Positions 17,714 to 28,141 of a DNA stretch of 64,000 bases are shown one piece after another. Under the pieces are notes generated by a model. It had not been told where the DNA came from. It saw nothing but the letters and a program-made list of their open reading frames with translations, and did not search any database. Location of the stretch: IMG/VR virus record IMGVR_UViG_3300028840_001395, positions 1 through 64,000 of that record; one strand, 5' to 3'. Every line of letters starts with the position of its first letter. The first letter of the stretch is position 1. The translations under genes and the position numbers were made by a program.

Positions 17714-19401
17714 CCGCCCTCTTCCTCCGGCTTCTCGTACTTGAGCCCGAGGTTCTCGGCAATCTTCTCCGCAGCGTCCGAATTCTCGGCCAGAGCGTCG
17801 CCCGTCCGGCTGTAGATGCCACGGAGAGCCTCGTTGAACGTCGCGTCCTTGAGGGTGAACAGGTCGCGCTTGAGCTTCTCGTCCACCGTGTCCGGGTCGA
17901 GGTTGAGCAGGTCGAGGATGGTGTCGATGTCCAGCGACCCCTTCTGGTAGAGGTTGAACAGGGCATCGAACGTATCGCTGTTGTCCCGCAGAGCCAGGCG
18001 AGTGAACGAGAGCCGGGGGACGATGACTTCCAGATTCCCGTCCTCGTCCTCCTCCACGAAGCCCATTCGGCGGCACATCGGCTTGAAGAAGCCGTCCTCC
18101 ACCAGGTCTTGGAACAGCTCCCGCATGAGCATGTAGCGGGTGTTGATGACTTCCAGGTGAATCCGGTCGCCCGAGTAGGACGACTCGCCCGACAGAAGGC
18201 TCTCGGTCACGCCCAGGCCCGCATACATCTGCCGGTCGGTGAAGTCCCAGACCCACGACCAGTCGGGAAGCCGCTGGTCTGCTCCCATCTCTTCCCAGTT
18301 GACCTGGAAGTTGGTGATGATGGAGTAATCCGGGTCTTGCAGAGCGAGATCGACCTGCTCCCGAAGCTCCTCGGTCTGTTCCTCGTTCATGTCCTCGGCG
18401 TAGACGAGCCGGTAGGGCGTCATGTGCCGGGAAGCGATGGACGTGAGGCTCTGACGCACCTTGTCACGGAATACCAGCGTCCTCATGCACCGCTGGAGGA
18501 TGCTCTGACCCCGATCCTCGTAGTCCGCCCGCTTCCGCTGGAGGCAGTAGAGGTAGGAGCCCGCGTCAGGGTCCATGTTCAGCGGGATGTTCTCCCCCGC
18601 CTTGATGGACGCCACAACGCCCTCGGGCATCGAGTTGACGATACGGATGGCCTGAGCATCACCCTGCTCGGCCTTCTCGATGATGTTCTTCGTCTTGCTG
18701 TCGGGGATGAGTTCGACCAGCTTCTCATCGGTGAACGGGAAGCTCTCCATGTGGATCTGCTCGGGAGGGAGCACACGGATGGCCGTCCAGCCCTTGTAGT
18801 TCTTCTTCAGCCAGGCAACCTCGCGCTCATCGGCATCCTCGTAGACCTGCCACTTCTCGACGGTCTCGCCCTCGGCGGTGATCTCTCGGATGCACTCCTC
18901 ACGGATCTCGCGGGGCATCTCCGGCGACGTGTCCTCGCAGAAGATGTTGGCCTCGCCCAGCAGGTTGTAGTCGTGGCTGATGCTGATGAGCCGGTGCAGC
19001 AACTTGATGTTCTTCGCCCACCGCTCACAGAACCGCAGGGCCTTCTTCCCTAGCTCCTTGTCCTTGCACTTGGGCGGGGCCAGCCGGAGCTTCGACAGCG
19101 GCAACTCAGTGTGAAGATCGACCGCCTGACCGACGAAGGGCTCGTACTTGTAGAAGAATCGGTAGAAGTTCCGCTGCTCATCGATGCTCTGGGGAAGCTC
19201 AAGGAAGTCCGTGGACAGCTCGGGCGAATACCAGTTGCCGCCCATTCCCAAGACGGTCTGGCCACCGGCACCCCAGACCGAAGCGTTCTTCATCTTCATG
19301 GCGGAGGTGACAATCTTGCTGGGCTTGCCAACCGTGACGTTGCCCCTGACGGGCTTCATCTCTGCCACCTTGATGGTGTGCTCTGGGTCGTTCTTCGTCA
19401 T
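17704..19401 (-). CDS. Portal protein
   Basis: 565 aa downstream of TerL; RFFY..EPFV.QAVD.HTELPLS, RGQSILQR, GLGV...LLSGE.SYS patterns typical of large-phage portals. Confidence 0.8.
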   Translation of the reverse strand: MTKNDPEHTIKVAEMKPVRGNVTVGKPSKIVTSAMKMKNASVWGAGGQTVLGMGGNWYSPELSTDFLELPQSIDEQRNFYRFFYKYEPFVGQAVDLHTELPLSKLRLAPPKCKDKELGKKALRFCERWAKNIKLLHRLISISHDYNLLGEANIFCEDTSPEMPREIREECIREITAEGETVEKWQVYEDADEREVAWLKKNYKGWTAIRVLPPEQIHMESFPFTDEKLVELIPDSKTKNIIEKAEQGDAQAIRIVNSMPEGVVASIKAGENIPLNMDPDAGSYLYCLQRKRADYEDRGQSILQRCMRTLVFRDKVRQSLTSIASRHMTPYRLVYAEDMNEEQTEELREQVDLALQDPDYSIITNFQVNWEEMGADQRLPDWSWVWDFTDRQMYAGLGVTESLLSGESSYSGDRIHLEVINTRYMLMRELFQDLVEDGFFKPMCRRMGFVEEDEDGNLEVIVPRLSFTRLALRDNSDTFDALFNLYQKGSLDIDTILDLLNLDPDTVDEKLKRDLFTLKDATFNEALRGIYSRTGDALAENSDAAEKIAENLGLKYEKPEEEGGRF

Positions 19402-19736
19402 TCGCTACCCTGCACTGTCTGGGCTGCCTGCTCGTCCCTCGCTTCCCGCTCGGCCCGTGCGATCTCGGCAAGCTGCTCCTCGGAGAGCATATCCCGCTCG
19501 TCATGGTCGATTCTGGGGGTCAGGTAGCCGATGTTACTGACGAGCGACAGGGCTCTCTGAATGGTGTCCTGGGCGAGCTTGGCCCGACGAGCTTCCGTGC
19601 CTCGCCTCCGATTGGTGTTGATGACCTTCCCGCAAGAGTGGGCGGCCTTCCCCAGACACCTCTTGGCTTCTGCCAGGTGCGTCTGAAGTTCCCGGTCAGC
19701 TTCGCTGGCTGCCAGTCTGGCCCGAAGCCTAGTCAC
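19398..19736 (-). CDS. Hypothetical protein
   Basis: GTGA overlap start at 19736; coupled to portal. Confidence 0.6.
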   Translation of the reverse strand: MTRLRARLAASEADRELQTHLAEAKRCLGKAAHSCGKVINTNRRRGTEARRAKLAQDTIQRALSLVSNIGYLTPRIDHDERDMLSEEQLAEIARAEREARDEQAAQTVQGSE

Positions 19737-19990
19737 TTCGGCCCCCACTTGTGCTTCTTGGTCATCTGGCCCTTCTCGTAGGCGGCCTTGAGCACCTTCT
19801 TGAGCTTCCGGATATCGGTGGGGGAGCCCTTGAAAACCCGCTCCCACGACCCTCCGGCTCGCACAAACACGTCGGAGATCAAGCTGAACTCCTCCGGCAC
19901 GTATTCTACCTTACCCTCCAAGGTCGAAACTGTCAGCTTCTTGATGAACCGATGGTCGGCCCGAACAGGGCTACGGGGGTCAATGTCCAT
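19733..19990 (-). CDS. Hypothetical protein
   Basis: Translationally coupled to TerL. Confidence 0.65.
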   Translation of the reverse strand: MDIDPRSPVRADHRFIKKLTVSTLEGKVEYVPEEFSLISDVFVRAGGSWERVFKGSPTDIRKLKKVLKAAYEKGQMTKKHKWGPK

Positions 19991-21864
19991 CAGCGCCTCC
20001 CCCGAATCCGACCATGTGCGATGGGGGACCTCTGCCGATCTGGACTCGTGCCCAGCTTACGGGCGTTCAGCCGGGCCTTTCTCATGGCCGACTGCATCTG
20101 CTTCTGTCCTCGGATAGCCCCGGAGCGACCTCCCGTGTGGACACCCGTGATGTAGCGAGTGTTGCCGAGATTCTTGCTGGCGAGCCAAACCATACGGACG
20201 ATTGCGTCCGAACGGTCATCATGCTTTCCATCCACGTTGGGCGCAGCCACGGTGGTCACGTACTTGGAGTGATACTGGGCCTGCAGCTCCAGCATCTCCT
20301 GGATATAGTCGCAATGTTGCTTCCCGGCATCCTGTGGGATGGGCCAGTCATACAAGACCAGCCGCTTGTCCCACATCATGTCCTTGAAGTTGCGGAAGAT
20401 CTCGCTGGTCAGGTTCTTCGTGAAGTGCTCAGACCGAAGCTGCTTGAGGCCCTTCTTTGCCAGTGCCTGCTCGAACGCGATGCCGGACCACTGATCGAAC
20501 AACCCCTCGGTCATGTAGAAGCGCCGGGAGTAGTTGAACACCCACTGGGCGACCTCATCGAAGTCCAGCCGGTCCACGTTCTCGTAGTCGCCCTCCCCGG
20601 CCTTGATCTGCTCCACCAGGTCGAGGACAATCTTGGCCTCCCCGTCAATCATCTCGATGTGGCCGATGGCGATGGCCGATGCGTCACCCACCAGGCCCAG
20701 GTCGATGCCGACGAAGTGGGGTCGCTTGGCCGGAGCCTGGGTCATCGGACGGTGGCTCGGGTCCACACACTCGATGAGGTCTGACTCTCGCTCGATCCAG
20801 CCCTTCGTCCGGTCGGAGAACTCGCCCCCGAACTCGGTGAAGAACACCACCGGGTCTTTGACGTACTTGCTCTCAAAGTAGCTGCGGGGGATGGTCGGGT
20901 TGACCTCCCAAGACGGTGCTTGGATTGCCAGCATGTCCTGTGAAGCCCGGCCCCCGGCCATCGCCATCTGGTAGAGCTTGTAGAACTGCCCCTGACGGCC
21001 CAGCGGGGACGAGATGGAGAGGATACGACCCTCGACGCCTCCGATGGGGACGGTCGAGTCGTTGGGGTCTTTCTGGGAGAAGGTCGCGGTCGAGGGCGTA
21101 ATGGCGTCGTACACCGCCTGGGCCGACGACTGCTGGGTGCCGTCCGTGAAGTGGGCAAGCTCATCCAAGATGATGATCATGTTGCCCGGACCACGAAGTC
21201 CCTTGGCGATGCAAGAGCGGAAGCTCACCCGAAGAGAAGCCCGTGCTCCAGGGTTGTCGCAGTAGCGACCCGAGTGGTCGATGTCCGCCGGGGTCTGGAA
21301 CCGGGCGTAGGTCTGGGTGTTGTTCGCCGTGTAGGGGGAGAAGAAACCGCACTCGCTGAAGTAGGCCGACACGTCCCGATACAGGATGCCCGCCTGATCC
21401 TTGTCGGTAGCAACGGAGATGATGCCGATCTCCTTGCCAGGCGGGATTCCGTAGTAGCCCTGTGGGTCACCCTTCAGAAGGAGCTTGTAGGTCTCATAGG
21501 CACCCACGGCAGCGGCCAGGTAGGTCTTGCCGGAACGGCGACCGATGACAAGGACAAGCTCGGGACGGTCGTGATCGACCTCCTTGATGTTGCTCCGGCC
21601 CTCGTTGAACAGGTACTCCAGATACTCGCGCTCGGTGAAGTGCCAGTAGCCCGAAAGCTGCCAGTCCTTCGCCACCTTGAACCGCTTCCTGTCATCCAGT
21701 TCGATGCCGTAGTGGGCCTTGAGGATCACGCGCTGGACGGGGAACAGGTGGAGATTGACACCCCACCGAGACTCGCAGAACTCGATGATATTGGCGATCT
21801 GGGAAGTCGCACCCTTGACCGTCTGGCCGACGTTCAGGGCGATGTCAGAAAGCCCGCTCCCCAT
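19990..21864 (-). CDS. terL: Terminase large subunit
   Basis: Walker A GRRSGKT, Walker B IIILDELAHF, ISSP coupling motif, RNase H-like GIDLG and HDDRSDA. Confidence 0.92.
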   Translation of the reverse strand: MGSGLSDIALNVGQTVKGATSQIANIIEFCESRWGVNLHLFPVQRVILKAHYGIELDDRKRFKVAKDWQLSGYWHFTEREYLEYLFNEGRSNIKEVDHDRPELVLVIGRRSGKTYLAAAVGAYETYKLLLKGDPQGYYGIPPGKEIGIISVATDKDQAGILYRDVSAYFSECGFFSPYTANNTQTYARFQTPADIDHSGRYCDNPGARASLRVSFRSCIAKGLRGPGNMIIILDELAHFTDGTQQSSAQAVYDAITPSTATFSQKDPNDSTVPIGGVEGRILSISSPLGRQGQFYKLYQMAMAGGRASQDMLAIQAPSWEVNPTIPRSYFESKYVKDPVVFFTEFGGEFSDRTKGWIERESDLIECVDPSHRPMTQAPAKRPHFVGIDLGLVGDASAIAIGHIEMIDGEAKIVLDLVEQIKAGEGDYENVDRLDFDEVAQWVFNYSRRFYMTEGLFDQWSGIAFEQALAKKGLKQLRSEHFTKNLTSEIFRNFKDMMWDKRLVLYDWPIPQDAGKQHCDYIQEMLELQAQYHSKYVTTVAAPNVDGKHDDRSDAIVRMVWLASKNLGNTRYITGVHTGGRSGAIRGQKQMQSAMRKARLNARKLGTSPDRQRSPIAHGRIRGRR

Positions 21865-21871
21865 GAGGCAC

Positions 21872-22552
21872 CTACACGATGCTCTTCATGCGCCGCTTGG
21901 CTTCGGCCTCCCAGCCCTCATCGTTGAGGCTGCTGGCGAGCTTGGCGAACACGGTCTCGACCATCTCACCCGCCAGTCCGGAGTCCTCCAGGGCTCCTCG
22001 GAACGTGTTCATGATGAACTCGAACAGCACCTTGAAGGCCGGGGATTCCATGTCCACGCCTCGGGCCGAGATCTGCTCCTTGCGCTTGAGCCAGGTATCA
22101 CCAATGGCCTTGAGGGCGGCGATGCGCCGGTTGGAGATGAGGCTGGTCTCCTGGCCCTGACGCTCAGCTTCCTGACGCTCAAAGCCGATGCTGGCAGCTT
22201 CCTCGCCCAACGCGAGAAGGATCTGCTGCAGCACGTCGGGGGACTCGGGGTTATCACGGGCGACTTCGAGGATGGAATCGGTGTCGATGATCTCGTTCTT
22301 GCGCCGGATCTTCTCCGCCACCTCGGGCGTGGCGGGGTCGAGGGTCACGTCCTTCTTCCGACCAGGCTTGGTCAGCATGACGATGGGAGTGCCGTCCTTC
22401 TTGGTCTGGATCTCGTCCTTGTCGGCCAGGTCTGCGATCTCCTTGTACTTGATCTGGCCCATCTCGGTCTTGACCTGGACACGGGTAGCCCCGTCCGGCA
22501 CCTTGGCCAAGAGCTTGTCTCTCCTCCGCTTGTCTACCGTGCGTTTCGGCAC
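21872..22552 (-). CDS. Hypothetical protein, possible terminase small subunit
   Basis: Directly upstream of terL; helical; assignment is positional only. Confidence 0.5.
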   Translation of the reverse strand: MPKRTVDKRRRDKLLAKVPDGATRVQVKTEMGQIKYKEIADLADKDEIQTKKDGTPIVMLTKPGRKKDVTLDPATPEVAEKIRRKNEIIDTDSILEVARDNPESPDVLQQILLALGEEAASIGFERQEAERQGQETSLISNRRIAALKAIGDTWLKRKEQISARGVDMESPAFKVLFEFIMNTFRGALEDSGLAGEMVETVFAKLASSLNDEGWEAEAKRRMKSIV

Positions 22553-22562
22553 GACTTCCTCC

Positions 22563-23108
22563 CTACGTCAGCACTGGCGGCTCGATGTTCGGGCTCCCCG
22601 TGAACATCTCACCCGTGGGCGGGATGAATGGCGTGAAGTTGACCACCGTACCGTAGTGCTCAGCCCTGAAGTCAATCTCGTCCGCCGACCCGGAATAGTA
22701 GCCTACCACGACGTTGATACCGGCTGCCAAAGCGTCGAAGCCGGGCAGTCGGTCAATCGCCGCCGCAATCGCCAGGGCCGTCGCTGCAGCCCCCCCGCCG
22801 GGGATGAAGTCGATGTTGCTGATGAGCCGGTAGTTCCCAAGAACGAGAATTGCCCGACCCGTCGTGAAGTTGTTGTCCGCGACAGTGAACTGACCCACTG
22901 CGGGATAGGGGGTGAAAGGAGCCACCGGGTTGGTGTTGATCAGACCGTTCTGGATCTGGGCGTAGCCATCCTTGTGGATGGGGCCGTAGAGCACCGCCGT
23001 CCTGGTGTGGGCAGGCTGAAGCGGTGGGGAACGGTCAGGCTCGGTGTGGTGTGGGTAGGTCCCGACCAGAACCCGGAACGGCGTCGGTGCATGGACTCGT
23101 CTGTGCAT
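22563..23108 (-). CDS. Hypothetical structural protein
   Basis: GGAG RBS, beta-rich Gly/Ala composition, in late operon. Confidence 0.65.
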   Translation of the reverse strand: MHRRVHAPTPFRVLVGTYPHHTEPDRSPPLQPAHTRTAVLYGPIHKDGYAQIQNGLINTNPVAPFTPYPAVGQFTVADNNFTTGRAILVLGNYRLISNIDFIPGGGAAATALAIAAAIDRLPGFDALAAGINVVVGYYSGSADEIDFRAEHYGTVVNFTPFIPPTGEMFTGSPNIEPPVLT

Positions 23109-23117
23109 GACCTACTC

Positions 23118-25667
23118 CTACAGCTCGGTGCCCCCGAACAGGATGTCGCTCAGCACCTCCGCAGAGGCATCTTCTTCCAACTCCACTTCGCCGTCGAGCT
23201 GACTCTGGAGAGCGAATTCGCTCGGGTCGAACAGAGATGCCGTGACCTCATGGTCTGGGGCCTCGGACAGCTTGATGGAACGCTCCTGATACGCCTTCAC
23301 GTCCGCCACGGGCGGGGCGTCCACCAGCTTCTTGTTGTACTTCGCGCAGTAGCCGTCCGCGTTCTTCTGGGTACAGGAAGCGCAACGGTCCATCGCCATG
23401 ACGAACTTGAGACCGTTCGCCCGGTGCTTCAACGCACCCTTCTTGCACCCCTTCACCCCAGACGGGGAGGCATACGCCTCGGCGTCCACGTAGAGGAACC
23501 CGGCCAGACCCTCGTGAATCTCGCGGGCCTCCTTGATGACGGGAGCGGCAGCTTTGAGCAACGGCCCAGAGAACCGGGCCTTGAGCATCTGGTCAAGCTC
23601 CACGCCAGCGGTGCCTTCGCTCATCAGGCGACGCGACCAGTTCAGGAGACCCTGGATCTCGGCCACCTTCTGTCCGGACTTCTTCGCCAGAGCGGCGATG
23701 CGGTCAGTCCGGTCGTCCAAGACCTTCGGAGCAGGACGGCTCTGACCGGCTGCCTCGAAGTGCTGACCCTCGTAGTCACCCTTCTGGGCAAGCTGCCGGT
23801 CGTGCATGAGCTGTTCGGCAGCCGCATACATCTGCTCCGGAGTCTCACACGCCTTGCGGATCTTCTCGGCCTCGATCTTCTGGATCTTGCCCGCCTTGAC
23901 GAGCTTGTTCAGATGCCCCAGCGCCGCATCCCGAAGCTCCTTGGCCCGGTTATCCACGATGTTGCCTCGGGCGTTGCGGTCGAGGTTGCCCTCTGGCTTC
24001 GCCACGGCACCGGCACCGTCGTATTCGCCAGCCTCCTCGGTGGCGAGCTTCTCCTGGCGGCGCTGCTCCCCGATCTTCACCGCTGCTCCGGCCAGGCGCA
24101 TCAGTTCTGCCGGAGGCTTGTTGATCGCCAGAATTCGACCCACCTCTTCGCTGGTGAGCAGACCGGCGTTGATGGCCCGATTGAGGTACTTCTGGAGCTT
24201 GCCTGCCTCGCGCTTGGTGACCTCGGCCTCCCGCTCATCGAGCGAAGCCCCTGCCGATTCACGCTCCGCCTGGGCCTGGGCGACACCCTCACCCGTCCCG
24301 GCGTAGGATGCCTGCTTGTTCTGCCGGGCCTGCATGAGCCGGGCAGCCGCCTTGAGCATCACCGCAGGAGTGCCCCCAGACTGACGGATCTCCTGGGCCT
24401 CCGCCTGTGTGAGCAGATCCTCCTTGACCCACTTGGCCAGCTTGACCAAAGCAGCCTTGCGCCGCTTGTCAATGGCCTTGTCCTCGGAGCCCTGAACGGT
24501 CGTCGGAGGTGTCGCTGCCTGCCCCAGAGCCTCGGTGGCCTCCTTCTCGGTAGCCACGACGGGCTTGACGACCGGCTTCGGAGTCGGGTCGTGCTGCTTC
24601 TCTTCGGGGCCACGGAGGAAGGCTTCCCGCAGGATGGTCTTGGGGTCACCCTCACTGGCGACCTTGTAGCCAGCCAGACCCAGCCACTCACGGTAGTAGC
24701 TCAGAGCACTGTCCCACGGAACCTCGGAGACAGCGGCCATCCCCAGCTTCTTGCCCACCGTATCATCGTCGGTGATGACGTAGTGGGCTGTCCGTGCGAT
24801 CTTCTTCAGCTCCTTCGACCACTTGCCGTTCTTGAGCCCAGGGAAGGCATTGGCCCGGACGAATACCTTGCCCGCCAGACCATGCTCCCGTTCGATGATC
24901 TCCACCGCCTTGACAGTGCGACGGGCATCGTGACCAAGCTGCCTGACCAGGCCCCGCTTGATGTCCAGCATGTCAGCACCGTAGTGCGACTGACGCATGG
25001 CCCACAGAATCGCGTCCTTGACCTCTTCGGCGGTCTTGGACGCAGGCTGCGGGAGACCAGACTCCGGCCCCTCCTTGATGGACTCGTTGTACTGGGCGAC
25101 TTCGCGGTCAGTGACGTTCGGGATGATGTTGATGCCGTCCGTGCGACGGTCAACGCCCCACGCATCCTCAAGCTCGGGCGAACTGTCCAGCGGAGGCCGG
25201 TCGGGGAGAAGCTCCTTCGGGAGCCGGTCGGGATCTTGCTTCTGGGTCGGGTCGAGCCACTGAAGGTCGGCCAGAGAAGCCGCCTGCTTCTCCTGGGGGG
25301 TCATGGGGAGGGCACCCTCATCTTCGGAGAGCATCGAACCCAGGAGCGTCCCATCATGGTCGGTCGGCGTGGGCATCGCTCCATCCTCGAACACGCCGTC
25401 GAGGTAGAGGCCCTCTCCACCTTCGGAGGAGGACTCCATGAAGAAGCTGTCGTCGTCCTCGCTGCCCCCTTCCACGATGCCGTCAGGCAGCCCCGCGAGG
25501 CCCTTGGCCTCGGGCAGTCGAGCGCCCTGCTCGACCCCCTCGTTGGGCGGGGTGTAGAAGTCGTAGCCGTCGAGTCCGAAGTTCGAGCCATCGGTGAAGG
25601 TGAACTCGTCGGCAGGGAGCCCGGACTCGCCCAGGTGGTCAGTCCAATCGCTATTCTTCTTGGTCAC
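23118..25667 (-). CDS. Large hypothetical virion protein with three helical repeats and Cys-rich C-terminus
   Basis: GTGA overlap start; repeats L..(L/W)VK.(G/D)L(L/I)...EA..IR....P..M..AA each ending in Y.G; C-terminal C..C...C. Confidence 0.75.
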   Translation of the reverse strand: MTKKNSDWTDHLGESGLPADEFTFTDGSNFGLDGYDFYTPPNEGVEQGARLPEAKGLAGLPDGIVEGGSEDDDSFFMESSSEGGEGLYLDGVFEDGAMPTPTDHDGTLLGSMLSEDEGALPMTPQEKQAASLADLQWLDPTQKQDPDRLPKELLPDRPPLDSSPELEDAWGVDRRTDGINIIPNVTDREVAQYNESIKEGPESGLPQPASKTAEEVKDAILWAMRQSHYGADMLDIKRGLVRQLGHDARRTVKAVEIIEREHGLAGKVFVRANAFPGLKNGKWSKELKKIARTAHYVITDDDTVGKKLGMAAVSEVPWDSALSYYREWLGLAGYKVASEGDPKTILREAFLRGPEEKQHDPTPKPVVKPVVATEKEATEALGQAATPPTTVQGSEDKAIDKRRKAALVKLAKWVKEDLLTQAEAQEIRQSGGTPAVMLKAAARLMQARQNKQASYAGTGEGVAQAQAERESAGASLDEREAEVTKREAGKLQKYLNRAINAGLLTSEEVGRILAINKPPAELMRLAGAAVKIGEQRRQEKLATEEAGEYDGAGAVAKPEGNLDRNARGNIVDNRAKELRDAALGHLNKLVKAGKIQKIEAEKIRKACETPEQMYAAAEQLMHDRQLAQKGDYEGQHFEAAGQSRPAPKVLDDRTDRIAALAKKSGQKVAEIQGLLNWSRRLMSEGTAGVELDQMLKARFSGPLLKAAAPVIKEAREIHEGLAGFLYVDAEAYASPSGVKGCKKGALKHRANGLKFVMAMDRCASCTQKNADGYCAKYNKKLVDAPPVADVKAYQERSIKLSEAPDHEVTASLFDPSEFALQSQLDGEVELEEDASAEVLSDILFGGTEL

Positions 25668-26296
25668 GATGCGCTCCTCTGGAGATACCGATGTGCCACC
25701 CGTCTTGCTAGAATACCCCGGACGCCAGAAGCCATCTTGCTCCGAGCCACCTTGCCTGGAGCCTCGTCCATCTCCGCTTCTTCTTCCTCGGCCCATTCCT
25801 CGGGATTCTCCCGAATCTCGTCCACATCCTCCATGATCTCAACGACTTCCTCGCGCTCACGAGGGCTCTGCTCCTCGACAGCGGGGTTCCAGTGCGGGGC
25901 GTTGATCTCGTCGTAGAGGGTGTCGGTGAAGGCGGACAATGCCTCGGAAACATTCATCATCTGGCGGCGCATGTCCGAGATCTTCTGAATGTATCCCTTG
26001 CCGCCGAGACTTCCATCGGGGCTGACACGGGCGGACTTGATCTTGGTGAACTGGGTATAGGCCGACTGGGCGTGTCCCAGTGCCGAGAGAGCAGCGCGAA
26101 GAGTCTTCGCAAGAGGCTTGAGGTTTTTGGGCTGGAACTCGAAATCCCCAACGATTTCGCGCTCCGTTGGGCCAGGAGAGCCCCAGCCCCACTCGTTCTT
26201 GTCCCCACCACGATCCTTGATGAAGCGGACTTCACCAGCCGTTTTGACGCGCCGCGCCGTGTGTCGGGCTGCTACTTTCTGCGCTGGGGTGGCCAT
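25664..26296 (-). CDS. Hypothetical virion protein
   Basis: GGAGG RBS; N-terminal QKVAARH..RVKTA and C-terminal RRVAHRY motifs. Confidence 0.75.
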   Translation of the reverse strand: MATPAQKVAARHTARRVKTAGEVRFIKDRGGDKNEWGWGSPGPTEREIVGDFEFQPKNLKPLAKTLRAALSALGHAQSAYTQFTKIKSARVSPDGSLGGKGYIQKISDMRRQMMNVSEALSAFTDTLYDEINAPHWNPAVEEQSPREREEVVEIMEDVDEIRENPEEWAEEEEAEMDEAPGKVARSKMASGVRGILARRVAHRYLQRSAS

Positions 26297-26331
26297 TCGT
26301 GCCTCCACACTTCTCCTACAGACTCCGACCT

Positions 26332-26347
26332 ATAGAGTGAATATCAG
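26332..26347 (-). promoter_or_regulatory. Putative late promoter (CTGAT-N7-CTAT)
   Basis: Intergenic copy of the motif. Confidence 0.55.
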
Positions 26348-26351
26348 AAAC

Positions 26352-27206
26352 CTACCCGAGCACCGGAATGACCTCATCTGGCTGATCTACTCCCATTTTC
26401 TGCCAGTGGACAACGATATTGCCTCGTGCCCAGGTGACGAACTTCTTCACCGCCAGGTAGATGATCCTGCCGATAAAGGTGACTGGGAGGGCTCCATAAC
26501 CCAGCCCCGCCATTGCAGCCAGGAGCCCGATACCGGACTCGGGGAGGGTGGAGAGTAGCTCCCCGAAACCCATCCCTCCGGTGAATCCCTGGATGAGCCC
26601 TTCCATGTCCCAGGACAGCTCGGCCACGTTGAACCAGATCCAGATGAAGATGGCTGCCACGATGGGCCGTCGCATGGTCTTCAGGACGCGAGACTTCTCC
26701 ACGAAGTCGTCCAGGGGCTTGACGAAGCTCTTGGCTCCGGCGAGCGCCTTGGCCACCCACGGCGCGTTGCCGGTGATGCGATTCATGAGGTCGGTGAGGC
26801 CCGGCATCTTGTTCTTCGGCACGAAGTAGAGCGAGAGTGGGAACGTCTCGGCCATCTTACGGAAGACCTTGATGATGGCCTGCTTGCCCTTCTTCGCCCA
26901 CTCCTTGATCTTCTTCGGGATGTCCGCCAGACCCTTGATGCCGAGGAACTGCTTGATGCGCTCCCACACCTTCGGCACCTTCTTGAACAGCTCGACCAGC
27001 TTCTTCAGCTTGCGGACGAGGCCCCCGAAGGCCACGCGATTCTGGTGGGTCGGCAGGTAGAAGGCTTCCCCGAAGGCTTCCAGCACCTCGGGGGTCAGGT
27101 CATGGAGGGCGGCTGTCCGGCGCTTGAATGTCTTGGAGGCGCAGACCTCGCGGACAGCGAGACGCACCTGGTAGCGGTCAGCGATCTGCTGGGCGAGAGC
27201 GGCCAT
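26352..27206 (-). CDS. Hypothetical protein with C-terminal hydrophobic (membrane) segments
   Basis: IVAAIFIWIWFNVA and GIGLLAAMAGLGYGALPVTFIG; N-terminal QIADRY motif. Confidence 0.7.
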   Translation of the reverse strand: MAALAQQIADRYQVRLAVREVCASKTFKRRTAALHDLTPEVLEAFGEAFYLPTHQNRVAFGGLVRKLKKLVELFKKVPKVWERIKQFLGIKGLADIPKKIKEWAKKGKQAIIKVFRKMAETFPLSLYFVPKNKMPGLTDLMNRITGNAPWVAKALAGAKSFVKPLDDFVEKSRVLKTMRRPIVAAIFIWIWFNVAELSWDMEGLIQGFTGGMGFGELLSTLPESGIGLLAAMAGLGYGALPVTFIGRIIYLAVKKFVTWARGNIVVHWQKMGVDQPDEVIPVLG

Positions 27207-27207
27207 C

Positions 27208-27555
27208 CTACCGGGTCGAGTCCGACGCTTCCCTGACTGTCGGCCCCCACTGGGCGGACAGGTCAGAGGCGAACATCATGCTCGGGAGCTTCATGCCCAG
27301 GCTGTTGGCAGCCTTGAAGATGTTGTTCCGCAGGAGAGCCACATCCCAGTTGGCTCCTCTGGAGGAGATGTCCTGTAGCCGAGACAGGGCCTCCTGTGCG
27401 CCACGGGACATATCAAGCTCATCTGTGATCCTGTCCCACACGTCCCGCATGAGGTCAGCCGACTGGGCATCCTCCTTACGGAGACGGCTATGGAGTTTCA
27501 CGAACCCCCTGTAGTCCACAAGGCTCCGAAGAATATCGGTCCCGCTCATAGACAT
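27208..27555 (-). CDS. Hypothetical protein
   Basis: ORF in operon with AGGAG RBS. Confidence 0.65.
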   Translation of the reverse strand: MSMSGTDILRSLVDYRGFVKLHSRLRKEDAQSADLMRDVWDRITDELDMSRGAQEALSRLQDISSRGANWDVALLRNNIFKAANSLGMKLPSMMFASDLSAQWGPTVREASDSTR

Positions 27556-27565
27556 CTCTGACTCC

Positions 27566-28129
27566 TCAGACCTTCAGGGGCTTGCCCGTGTCATCGAACA
27601 GCCGCTCGATGATGAACTGTTCACCGTCCTGCTTGAACGCCCACAGGTCTTGCGTGCTCTTGTGAACCAGTTCGTCCTCGCGCCCCGCCGACTGGAAGAA
27701 GCCCGAGAGATCCCCGAGGTCAGAGACGACCATCCTGACGTTCGCGGCCTGCTTCTTCGATGCCTTGGCCAGACGGAGATGCTCCGCCAGGATGGGCCGG
27801 AACTTGCCGTCATCCCACTGGACGAACACCCGCTCATCGAGCGAGGTGGAGTGTCCGGCTCCGGTCTTGACGGTGACGACCGTTCCCTCCATCCCATCGT
27901 CGGGGATGTCGCTGTAGGACAGCACCGACCCCAGGTTGGCGATGAAACGCACCCGAACTCCGGCATCCACCGGGAGCCGGAGGGCGTTGGCGGCTCTGGA
28001 CTTGTCGGTCAGATCCCGCATCGAGCGGGACGATGAGCCGTCCTCCTCATTGGCCTGAAGGTGCTGATCGAGTGCCGACTCGACCGAGAATACACCGCTC
28101 ATCCCGTCCCAGAAATCCTGATCACCCAT
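27566..28129 (-). CDS. Hypothetical protein with SH3-like domain
   Basis: GVRVRF...EGTVV...VFVQWDDG. Confidence 0.65.
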   Translation of the reverse strand: MGDQDFWDGMSGVFSVESALDQHLQANEEDGSSSRSMRDLTDKSRAANALRLPVDAGVRVRFIANLGSVLSYSDIPDDGMEGTVVTVKTGAGHSTSLDERVFVQWDDGKFRPILAEHLRLAKASKKQAANVRMVVSDLGDLSGFFQSAGREDELVHKSTQDLWAFKQDGEQFIIERLFDDTGKPLKV

Positions 28130-28141
28130 CTTGCGCTCCCG

